DNA from: Cetorhinus maximus
Taxonomy: Eukaryota
Assembly (NCBI RefSeq): GCF_964194155.1
Contig: NC_135887.1
Coordinates: 121,706,001-121,770,000, forward strand
Length of the DNA stretch: 64,000 bases
Direction of reading: 5' to 3'
The position numbers and the translations under genes were made by a program. Positions 26,963 through 38,520 of this stretch are shown piece by piece; the first letter of the stretch is position 1, and each line of letters begins with the position of its first letter. Under the pieces are notes generated by a model. The model saw only the letters and a list, made by a program, of their open reading frames with translations, ran no database searches and had not been told where the DNA came from.

Positions 26963-28013
26963 CAGATTTGACGGAATATCAGTTGACAAGTCCCTCGAAC
27001 CTGATCGCCTGTGCTCTAGAGTTTTAAAAGAAATAGTAGCTGCACTGGTTTTGATCTTCCAGGATTTCCTAGATTCTAGAACAGTCTCTATGGATTGGAA
27101 GTTGGCAAATGTAACCCAGATGTTTAAGAAATGAGGGAGAGAGAAAAAAACAGAGAAATATAGACCAGTTAGCCTGACATCAGTAAAGAGGGAAATGCTA
27201 CAATCTATTATTAGGGATGTTGTAACAGGGGCACTTCTAAATTGTTTGGATTTGTGAAAGGAAATTTTTGTTTGGAAAATCTGTTAAGGGGAAACCAGTG
27301 AAGAAGTGTATTTGGATTTTCAAAAAGCATTCAATAACACAAACTTAGAGTTGATGGGTTTGAGTTAATATATCAGCATGGATTGAGGATTGGTCAATGG
27401 AGACTGGAAATAAATGGTTTGTCTTAGGTTGGCAGGCTCTAACTAGCAGTGTACCACCAGATCAGTAGTTGGGCATCAGTCATTCACAATCTATACCAGT
27501 GACTTAGATGAGGGGGCGGAGTATACTGTATCTCTGATGATACAACGCGAAGTGGGAAAATAAGCTGTGAGGAGGACGCAAGAGGCTGCAAAGAGATAAA
27601 GACCCATTAAGCAAGTGGGGGAAAAAGGCATGGCAGACGGAACATAATATGGGGATGTGTGAAGTTATCCACTTTGGAAGGAGAGATCGAAAAGTAGACT
27701 ATTTTTAAATGGTGAGAAACTGGGAAATGTTGGTAGTAGCAGGCCCTGGGTTGTCTTGTACAGCAAGCAATTAGGAAGGTAAATAGTTAGCTTTTGTTAC
27801 AAAGGGATTGAAATATAAGAGTAAAGTTGTCTTATTGCAATTGTATAGGGCCTTGGTGAGGAGATAAGGAAAGAAATACATGTCATAGGGTGAGTTCAAC
27901 AGAAGTTCACCAGACTGATTCCTGGATGAAGAGGGTTGTCCTAAGAGGAGAGATTGAGTAGACTAGGCCTATATTTCCTGTAACCTAGAATAATGAGATC
28001 GCATTGAAACATA

Positions 28014-28718
28014 GGGCTGGATTTTATGCACCACTCCCCACCAGCATGTTTGAAGGAGGTGGGGAGCTCATAAAATGTAACGTGTGGCCTTGCCACCACC
28101 TTCCATCCTGCCCTTGATCTACCTCGCGTTATACAGAGGGGCGGGTGCGGTGGAGGTCTCAATTGGCCAGCCTGCCCTTGGACTTATTGAGGCTCTTAAA
28201 GTGGCCAATTAATGGTCACTCAAGTGCCTATCCCATCCCCGCAGCTATTTTACCCACGACAGTGGGAAGCCCAGCAGGTTTTTTTAGGTGAGGTGGTGTC
28301 AGGCAGTGGGCGGCCTCCTTTGAGAGTCCTCTGTGCCCATCGGAGGCATAACCCCACTTTAACCCTCCCCAGCCTCTCAAACCCGGCCCCGTACCCCCTC
28401 ACCTCCCCCTCGCTGGGGTCTGCCAGCCAGGGCCAGCTAATACCCCAGACTTAACTGAGGTCCAGCCTCCATACTCTCCCCTTCCTCGGACACTGCCTGT
28501 AGTCCCAGCAGTGGCCACCTCTCAAACCTGCCGCTGCTGGATCTACAGAGCAGCCGGCCAATCGGATTGGCCAGCATATCTCTAAGACCTTAGTCAATTA
28601 ACACCCTGCCAAGCATAAAATGGCTGGGGGAGGCAGCCGATCTTTTGGTGAGTGGGCTCCCAACCAACTTTTTCATCGGACGGGGGCAGGGAATACGGCA
28701 TCCTGTAAAAGCCAGCCC
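28014..28718. mobile_element. Harbinger-type MITE inserted in a CR1 LINE
   Basis: TIRs GGGCTGGATTTTA and TAAAAGCCAGCCC. Perfect TSD ATA. CR1 sequence continues on both sides. Confidence 0.88.
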
Positions 28719-29382
28719 ATAACGCTTTTAAGGGACTTGACAGAGTAATTGCTGGGAAGATGTTTTCCCTGGCTGTGGTGGGGAGTCTAGAACTATGATT
28801 CACAGTCTCAGACTAAGGGATCAGCCAATTAGGACTAAGATAATAAGAAATCTCTTCACTCAAAGGGTCGAGGATCTTTGGAATTCTGTACCCTCCAGGG
28901 TTATGGATGCTCTGTCACGAAGTATATTCAAGACAGAAGTCATTAGATTTTTGTATACCAGGGGTTTTAAGGCATGTGTGGGAAGGTAAAATTGAGGTGG
29001 AAGATCAGTCATGATTGAAGGGTGGAGCAAGTTTGAAACATTCCTGCTCCTATTTCTTGCGTTCTTATGAGGGAGGGGACCTGATCAGGGCAGTGATCGA
29101 GATGGGGGAATGATCAGGAGGGAAGCTATTGGGCCCAGCACAAACTGATCACTACAGTGGGGCCAGTAGGAGCTCCCCCTGCATCTCCCAACTCCACATT
29201 CAGGATCCTACAGAGCAACCCCTTCAACAAAATCATGAAAATGGAGCTCCCCTAATTAATTTTCTAATGGCATCACCGACGCAAGCCAGAAGTAAATATT
29301 TAACTCGACATTCATTTTCATTCTATCTCCTTGTTCTATGTCACAATGGCTATCATTTCCCAAACTTCTCATCAGTGCCACG

Positions 29383-30042
29383 GGGCAGAATTTTTCGCTG
29401 AGCGGGCGCGCGCGTGCCTGACCTGCTCGAGCGTAAAATAATGCGCGGCGATGTTGGGTGAGCGTCCCGACGTCATCGCGCACTCGCACGATACTTCAAT
29501 GGGCGGGTGCATTAGGGAGTCGGCAGCGCACCCGCCGACATTTAAAAGGCCTATTAAGGCCATAAACAATGTCATTAAATGAAAATTTTCACTGCCGGCC
29601 CAACCTTACGGCTGGCGGGCAGACAAAAAGGCCAAGCGGCCTTTGCACTTTTTAGGAAATATCATCCAGCGACAGATGAGGTTTCCGACACCAATTAAAA
29701 ATAAAATATAAATTTTAACATTTCATTAAGAACATGACAGAGTCACGTGAGGGGACATTTTTTTTTAACAATTTAAAATTGTTTATTTTTAATTTTTAAA
29801 CCCTTCACCTTCCTGAGGCAGCTCTGTACCACAGGGAGCTTTTCCAGCGAAGCTGTGAGCTTGCCCTCTACCCCCCTCCTCCCACACAGGCAGCGCTGCC
29901 ATGCACGTTTCACGCTGGGCAGGCCTTGATTGGCCAGCCAGCGTGAAATCGCGGTCAGGCCCCAATCGCAGGCGGCAGTCGGCTTCCCGACCACTCCTGC
30001 CCACCCCCACTGAGCCTGCCCGGCGAGGTAAAAATTCTGGCC
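29383..30042 (+). mobile_element. Harbinger MITE, non-autonomous relative of the 53106 element
   Basis: TIRs GGGCAGAATTTT and AAAATTCTGGCC. TSD ACG/ATG. Both subterminal regions align by eye with the ends of 53106-57170. Confidence 0.88.
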
Positions 30043-32771
30043 ATGAACTTAATGCCGACCATAGTGGCAGGTGAACACTTACTGCATTTGTCTGAAACCC
30101 CTGTCTCTGCTTTTTAGCCTGGTTAAAGCAGCAGAACGAGAAATATCAAATAAACGTGGTTATGTCAAGCACTCATCCACAAAGAACATGACTAACCTGG
30201 TTGACCAGCATATCATGAACCAGAACACTGAGAAATCTCCTTTCCGCCCGATTGAGCAAGTTGAGTTTGTCTTGGGGACTGATCATTTAGTCATTTTGGA
30301 GCTTTGTACAGATAGCCTTAAAGCCACGGCTTAAATAAGATGACTAGGAGTGTGCCAAAATAAGACTTCAGAGCTCACCTTGGGAGGCCATGTGGTCATG
30401 GGTGAAGAGGACATGGCAGGCAAATGCACAGGCTGTGTGCACCCATCTCAGCACCAAGGCAAGTGACCCAAGGCTTTCGAGATCCAAGGTGATAATGAAA
30501 AAACGTGGTCCAACATGAAAGTTGATGGAAAGATGTGGTCTGCTTGAGATCTCTGCACTCCTCCAATCCTGGCCTCTTGTGCATCCCTTTTTTAAGGGAT
30601 GTGTGTTTGATTGATTGTGTTTTCAGCAGTTTAAGCCCGAAGCTCTGGAATTTTTTCCCTGAACCTCTCCTTGACCTTCTCTCTCCTTTAAGACACTTCT
30701 TAAAACCTTCCTGGGCACCTATCCTAACATCTCTTCCCGTGTCTCGATGTCAAATTTTGTTTAGTAATGCTATTTTGAAGTGCCGAAGGATGTTTTCACT
30801 AAGGCACTATAAATAAAAGTTATTGTTTGTCAAAAGAGAACTAAAATGCATCAGATTGTAATTTCCTACATTACAACAGTGACTACACTTCAAAAGTACG
30901 TAATTGTAAAACACTTAGGGGTGTCCTAAGGTTGTGAGAAGTGCTATATAAAAGCAAGTCTTTTCTCTTTTGTACACAGCCATCATTTTCTGTCTAAATG
31001 ATACATATTAATAGCTTTGAAAAGCCTTTATCTCTGACGGTTTATGAGTTGACTGCTGAGAATAGAATGGTATTGTTTGTGTGTTTAATGACTGTATAAT
31101 TCTAGATCAAGCACTGTGCCAATTAATGGCAGAGGTTTTGTTGCTGGGACTGAGAATTAAGTTGGACCAGATCATTAGTGCCACCTTATCCTTGAGTTAG
31201 ATTTTGGCACAGCTAAACCATCACCTACGGTGACTTTGTCACCTTTGACAACACAGTCTGCTTCAGTAAGCCCAAGGCTCCACCCAACTTTTCCTTACCA
31301 ACCTGTTGCCTCCTAGTGGCACTGGTGGGTGTGGGCAGGACTGCCAGGGTGGGAGGGAAGGATAATTCTTCTCATTCGGACAGAAAGCATGCAGTGTATT
31401 TGAGAAATAGGTACCAGTTATTCCACCTTGGGATGTTTTACCACATTAAAGCTGCAGTATACATTTGTTGGTTGTTATGCTGCTATAAACTCACATACCA
31501 GGGATCTCTTCAGCAGTTTGAAAGTGTGTTGTCATTAACTGCCTATGGAGGGAAATATAAAATCAGTGACATTTCTAAAACAATTAGTAATAATTTGCTT
31601 TATTCACTTTCTAATCTGGTGCCTTATTGAAAATAATTATACAGGAGGACCGGTAGTCAGGAGTGGTGGTGTTAGTGGATGAACATTGGTGTACCATCTT
31701 CCTTGGTGTGCCATGCAAGAGCTGTGCATATTGCTGTGCATAACAGAGATGCTGCCCTCTATTCATTCTGGGGGGAGTGGAGGCGGGAGATGCCTGCTGT
31801 GGATGGCTGGTTGGCGAGGCTCCCTGACAACGATGCGCTCTCAGGAAATAACTGCTTAACTTGTCAACATTCCTCTTTCTGTTATTGTAACCCTTTCAAG
31901 GAAATAGATCAGCTCCTGAGTTAAAGGAGGAATGGTGGTCACTGACTGCATCTCTGTGTACCCTTCACTGATGCTGGTACATCCTACTTAAACTTAACTC
32001 ACGTTATTTGACAACCAGCACTAGATTTGCACTTTCTTCTGGGCCGCTTAATTAAAGTTAGTGGATAACTCAGCATTTTTTTAATGCAAAAAGAATGATG
32101 GATCTATTAGGAGTGGATGTGATCAGCCCAAATCACAAAAGAGTAATTTGAAGGCTTATATTTGTAATGCCGAGTAACCAGGATGTCTGGAAGCAAATTA
32201 GCATCATCCAAAACAATTTCGATAAAGCTCATTACTTTTAAAATTGAATTTGTTTCAGCTCTGCAGCCGACTGCTGCTTGTGTGAGAACGCAGCACCACA
32301 AGGGAGACGCAGATCAACAGTTTCCTGCTTTAATCTGAGCTGAGGGGGGAGGTGAACTGAGTTGGGAAGGGGAAATGTGCTTGGATAAGATGGTGGGGGG
32401 CAGGCACTGAACTTGGTGGGGGCCAGTGAGCTAGGAGCGAGGGACACTAAGCCGGTGGGGGAGCACTGAGCCATGTGGGGGTGGTGGGGGTCACTGAGCT
32501 GGGGAGCACTGCAAACACTGAGCTGGTTCAGATGCTTCTTCCTAAAGGAAAGGATTGAAAGTTGAAGAATGAGTCATTCTGGGCTGGCTCTGCACATATC
32601 CTGACCACCACTGCCAGAGGTTGATGAAACATTTAGTTTCACCAAGCTGAAGAAAAGCCCCAACGGCCCCTAAAGACCTGAAAATAAGAATATGCCAGAA
32701 AGGAGTAAAAATTAGTTTGCCTCTCCTGGAATCTGATTATTCAAACCACTAGTTGTAATTTAATTTATTTA

Positions 32772-34197
32772 AATTCATTCACGGGGTGTGGGCTTCGCTG
32801 GCTGGGCCAGCATTTATTGCCCGTCCCTAATTGCCCTGGAGAAGGTGGTGGTGAGCTGCCTTCTTGAACGGCTGCAGTCCAGGTGGTGTACGTACACCCA
32901 CAGTGCTGTTAGGGAGGGAGTTCCAGGATTTTGACCCAGCGACAGTGAAGGAACGGTGATATATTTCCAAGTCAGGATGGTGAGTGTCTTGGAGGGGAAC
33001 TTCCGGGTGGTGGTGTTCCCATGTATCTACTACTCTTGTCCTTCTAGATGGTAGTGGTCGTGGGTTTGGAAGGTACTGTCTCAGGAGCCTTGGTGAATTC
33101 CTGCAGTGCATCTTGCAGATGGTCCACACTGCTGCTACTGTGCATCGGAGGTGGAGGGAGTAAATATTTGTGGATGGGGTGCCAATCAAATGGGCTGCTT
33201 TTTCCTGAACAGTGTCAAGCTTCTTGAGTGTTATTGGAGCTGCACTCATCCAGGCAAGTGGGGAGTATTCCATCACACTCCTGACTTGTGCCTTGTAGGT
33301 GGTGGGCAGGCTTTGGGGAGTCAGGAGGTGAGTTACTCGTCGCACGATTTCTAGCATCTGACCTGCTCTTATAGCCGCAGTGTTTATATGGCTCGTACAG
33401 CTCAGCTTCCGCTCAATGGTAACCCCCAGGATGTTGATAGTGGGGGATTCAGTGATGGTAATACCATCGAACATCAAGGGGCGATGGTTGGAGTCTCTCT
33501 TGTCGTAGATGGTCATTGTCTGACACTTGTGTGGTGCGAATGTTACTTGCCGCTTGTCAGCCCAAGCCTGGATATTGTCCAGGTCTTGCTGCATTTGGAC
33601 ATGGACTGCTTCATTATCTGAGTAGTTGCAAATGCTGCCGAACATTGTGCAATCATCAGTGAACACCCCCATTTCTGACCTTATGATGGAAGGAAGGTCA
33701 TTGATGAAGCAGCTGAAGATGGTTGGTCCGAGGACACTACCCTGAGGAACTCCTGCAGTGCTGTCTTGGAGCTGAGATGTCTGACCTCCAACAACCACAC
33801 CCATCTTCCTTTATGCTAGGAATGGCTCCAACCAGTGGAGAGTTTTTCCCCTGATTCCCATTGACTCCAGTTTTGCTCGGGCTCCTTGATGCCACATTCT
33901 GTCAAATGCGGCTTTGATGTCAAGGGCAGTCACTATCACCTCATCTTGGGAGTTCAGCTCTTTTGTCCATGTTTGAATGAAGGCTGTAATGAGGTCAGGA
34001 GCTGAGTGGCCCTGGCAGAACCCAAACTGGGCATCAGTGAGCAGATTATTACTGAGCAAGTGCTGCTTAATAGCACTGTTGATGACCCCTTCCATTACTT
34101 CTATTCCATGGAGAGTAGACTGATGGGGCGGTAATTGGCCAGGTTGGATTTGTCCTGCTTTTTGTGTACAGGACATACCTGAGCAATTTTGTACATT
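32772..34197 (-). mobile_element. CR1-group LINE (family ending HHHLL[KQ]GN*), RT and 3' end, 5'-truncated
   Basis: ORFs 33811-34176 (QFGF, ALDIKAAFDRMWH) and 32827-33804 ([30 protein letters not shown]). Confidence 0.93.
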
Positions 34198-34674
34198 TTA
34201 TGGTTTATGGTGCTGGTGATGCTTTACTCCCGAACCAAAATTGCAGCTTACTTTTAACTTCTCTATAATCTTATTTCTGCACACATGTCTTGTTTTATGA
34301 ACCTCACTTATCACTGTTCACCTCATTGTAGTGTTCAATCCCTGTACATCACAAACACATAAGATTGACAGTCAGGAAAAGACCAGCTGGCCCATCAAGA
34401 CTGCCCAACACATCATAATAATTGGAATAGCATGGCTAGGCCCCTTTTTCTATCTCCCCCACCTTTTCACAATTACTGAGTCTGAGCATGTGCAATGCGC
34501 CTAATTTCCCTGGATGCATCAGGATTATTCAGTCACCTTTGCTGCTAGAATATCATTCTTTAGATTCCTGAAGTTTTGGTCAGCTGTTTACCACAATTAT
34601 TTGCTGGAGAGCTAGAGATCAAATTTCAAACATTTTGTTGGATGAGCAAGTCTTGGTATGAGTTAGGTCATGGA

Positions 34675-35465
34675 GAGCAGAGTTTTGAATGACCTTAAGT
34701 TTGCGGATGGTAGAAAGTAGGAGGCCTTCAGGAATATGTTGGAATAATCAAACCCAGAAGTAACTAGTGCACGGGTGAGGGCTCCAGCAGCGGATAAACT
34801 GAGGCAAGGTCAGTTGCCTGATGAAAACAAATTACTGTGGATACTAAAAATCTGAAATAAAAACAAAAGTGCTGGAAAAGCTCAGCGGGTCTGTGGAGAG
34901 AGAAACAGAGTTAACCTTTCGCGTCTGTGTGACTCCTTTCGAGTCTGTGTGACTCCTCTTCAGAGACAGTTGGATGATGCTTATGGAGGTGAAATAGGCA
35001 ATCTTTGTGATGGTTCAGATATACGGTAGAAAGCTGATCTCAGAGTCAAATGTGACACCAAGGTTCTGAACAATCTGTTCAGCCCCAGACAGTTGTGAAG
35101 GAGAGGGATGGAATTGGAAGCTAGGGAATGAAGAACGAGGCGGGGACCAAAGACAAGCCTTTGGCAATGTTGACCACAAAATTCTGCTCCAACACCTCCG
35201 CATCATTGTCGGTTGGGTAGGATGGCACTTGCCTAGTTTCATTCCTATCTATCCAGTCATAGCTAGAGAATCACCTGCAATGTCGTCTCATCCAGCTCCT
35301 GCACCGTTAACTCTGGTATCTCTCAGGGATCTAACCTTGGCTCCCTCCTATTTCTCATTTGCATGCTGCCCCTTGGCGAAATCATGGCAACAGTTTCCAT
35401 ATCTTTGCTGATGATATCCAACTTTACCTCCCTTCCACCCCTCTTGACCCTTCCTCTGTCTCCTC
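34675..35465. mobile_element. L2 LINE fragment with internal inversion and nested Penelope end
   Basis: Minus-strand part (to 35156): VFGPR...NLGVTFD. Plus-strand part (from 35157): AFGNVDHKILL, GISQGS, FADDIQLY. Confidence 0.7.
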
Positions 35466-35833
35466 TTCTTCCCCAGGAAGCATCCTCGATTATTTGAGGA
35501 TGACCGAACCACAGATATGCTGTGATTTTACGACAGAGCCAGCAGGAGGCAGGCCCCAAGTCTACCTCAACTGAAACAGGGATCGAATCCCATGTTGACG
35601 GCATTAACGTGAACCACGTGCTAGCTGTCTAGCTAACTGAGCTAATTGCACATCCCCTGCCCCCCACACCCGCTCTGTCAATAAATAGTCAGAAATTCCC
35701 TCCAGCTAAATTTTGGAAAGACAAGAAGCCATTGCCACTGACTAAGCAGATCGCTGTCATAGGCATAAAAGGCTGAATGGACGCCTTCTATTGCTGCAAC
35801 ATTATATGATTTGAGCAGATAGTTGATAATACT

Positions 35834-36210
35834 GGGGAAATGGTAATGTAGTAGTACTGTCGCCGGACTAGTAATGCAGAGGCCCAAGTTAACCCTCTGG
35901 GGAAATGGATTCAAAATCCATCAAGGCAGCTGGTGGAATTTAAATTCAAATAATAAAGTCTGAAATTGAAAGCTAGTCTCAGCACAAGTGACCACGAAAC
36001 CAATGTTGATTGCCGGAAAACTGATCTGGTTCGCTAATGCCTTTTAGGGAAGGAAATCTGCAGTCCTTACCTGGTCTGGCCTACATGTGACTCCAGATCC
36101 ACAGCAATCTGGTTGACTCTTAACTGCCCTCTGAAATGGCTGAGAAAGCCGCTCCATTCAAGGGCAATTAGGACAACAAATGCTGGCCTTGCAGAAAGAA
36201 TAAAGAAAAA
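35834..36210 (+). mobile_element. tRNA-derived SINE whose head matches 62495-62783 and whose tail matches the CR1-group 3' end
   Basis: The core ttcgctaatgccttttagggaaggaaatctg...ggcctacatgtgactccaga is shared with 62680-62753. The tail caagggcaattagg...aaatgctggccttgc matches the reverse complement of 14645-14690 and 32795-32840. Confidence 0.85.
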
Positions 36211-37119
36211 TAGTTCAGAAGCATGACCTGTATCTGTTTCAAAAGAGTGAAAGCAATGGTTGATTACAGGCGTCTGAGAAAGATTGTTGAGGATTACAAC
36301 TGCAAATTGAGCTGGATGGTGTTCCGAAACTGAGATTAGAGAAAATCTCAAGTGATGTGGTCTCAATATAGTTCTGGCACATCTCTGTAAATGCTTGTGA
36401 AATTTATAGCAATGATGAAGATATCTCAACTGGTAAAGATTCCACCATAAAGGCGTGGACCAGGTCTCCAGTAAGGCTGCAAACAGTACCAGTGTTGCAT
36501 GCAATGGGTGTAAGTGATGGAGTCAATAGAGGAAAGTAGTACTGTCGATATGTAAAGGATTTCCTAATTTCTTTACATGTTATGCAATTAAATGACACAT
36601 CAGTAAATCTATTTAGCTGTTGCACAACTTGAGAAATCCCCATTGAGAAGTAAACTAGATTAGGGAAAATTGTATTTTTTAGGATGCAAATGGTCTTATT
36701 TTAGGTCTCCCCACTAATGTACCAACCCTATAAATTCTGATGATACCCCAATGCATGTGTAAACGCAGGTGCTGAAAACAGCAATTCAACTAGGATCAAG
36801 CATCAATCAAGTGGGACCTGACATGGCAAGGGTTTCTAGTATCCTTGCACAGCTAAATGGATTGTGCGTGTTCTCCTAAATGGATTTGAGGTCAAGATTC
36901 CACTTGATTGAAATTAATCCAGAAATCTCTTACAAACCTATACTCTCCATTTACATTGACCAAAAAGGACGGAGGAAGATAGATAAGAAACAAAGACGTT
37001 GCTGTGATGCAGTGTCACTGTACAGATTAATGGGACAAGGCAAACAAGACAAAACAAAGCACGACAATATCCCTGGTGGAAAATAAGTGTCGATCCCTTT
37101 TGACAACCGGTTACTTACA

Positions 37120-37650
37120 TAAAATTACATAGAATGAACTGCCAAATGCAGGTCTTTTGGACCAACTGGTCTGTGCCGGTATTTATGCTCTACATGAGCC
37201 TCCGCCCAGCCTTCTTCATCTATCCCGATCACTAAATCCTTCTGCTCCTTTCTCCCTCGTGTGTTTGTCTCGCTTCTCTTTAAATGCACCTATGCCAATT
37301 GTCTCAACTACTCCTTATGGTAGCAAGTTCCACATTTTCACCACTCTCTCTGGGTAAAGAAGTTTCTCCTGAATTCCCGATTGAATTCATTAGTGACTGT
37401 TCTATATTTATGGCCCCCAGTCCTGTCCTCCCTCACGTCTTCTCCACCTCTATTGAACACTTTCGTAATTTTACAGGCCTCTATCAGGCCAGCTGCCAGC
37501 CTTCTGTTTTTAAAGAAAATAGCCACAGTCTGATCAGTCTTTCCTGATTGGTGTAACCTCTCAGTTCTCTTAGATCCTTTTTGCACTTTTGCCAGTGCCC
37601 CTATATCCTTTCGATAATTTGGACACCAGCATTGTGCACAGTATTCATAG
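37120..37650 (-). mobile_element. Old CR1 3' fragment
   Basis: EYCAQCWCPNYRKDIGALAKVQK...RRNFFTQR. Confidence 0.8.
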
Positions 37651-38520
37651 GTTATAGAAGATTCCTTTAAGATGCTGCAGGAGTTCCTTAGGCTACAATT
37701 CTGCAATTGAAATCTACTGAAGACATTCAAGGTGGACCTGGACTAAATCCCGGGAAACAGATACTGATACACCATTGGAAAGTGGAGAGATCAAACTTTG
37801 TATTTTGCCACAGGATGATGCATACTTGGCAGAACCTGTCGGAGAGGCAGAAAGATTGCTGATCAAACTTAAACGGATAGATAGCACAGTCCACGTTGAA
37901 GGAGTGGTTGGGAACAAGGCCAGTAGATGTTTATGAGAATCTTTTCACATGATAACCCCATGATATCAGATAGGCGGTGGTTCCTGAAAATAGATTTTGC
38001 CCTCACTGGAAATCAGGCATCATTTTACCGCATAAAAGCAGTTCAAAGCAGAAAGATTAAAGATTTTCAGAAGAAGCAATGTCCTGATGAGGACCGACAT
38101 GATTGAAAGTCAGGGATTGAGGACGTTGAAAAATGCATGCGATTAACTCTGCGCAAAGAAAACAGCCCCCTTCTGCCAATGTATATTGTGTCATACGAGA
38201 AACTTAACAGCTATTAGAGTGGAATGCAATTATACTGATCATTGTTGTCATGATCAGTCACTTAGAACAATCAAATACTGTTTTCCAAATCCACAGCCTA
38301 TCTGATACTTGGTTAAATTGTTTATGGTGATCTGTGCTGCTTGGTTGTAGTGATTATTTTAGTGGCAGACCACATTATTCAAAGGCAGAGCTTCCTGTGG
38401 ATATCTCAAAACAGGACCATCTGAAGTACAATTGCTGTTGTTTTAGAGTTAAAAGCAACAGTAAGTTTGTCCATGACAAGGTCCCGCAGGCAGTAAATCA
38501 AATAAATGACTAGATAATCT

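Larger units (their letters stand above)
26290..29068 (+). mobile_element. Decayed classical CR1 LINE with nested SINE and MITE
   Basis: tatagaccagttagcctgacatcag (YRPVSLTS), gtgtatttggattttcaaaaagcattc (VYLDFQKAF) and 3' tail cctgctcctatttcttgcgttctt. Confidence 0.85.

Noticed and set aside
37800-37936. Possible cassette exon after ttgtattttgccacag
   Set aside because: The peptide is unrecognised, no convincing donor follows, and the long open frame is phase 0, which does not fit the phase-2 intron.
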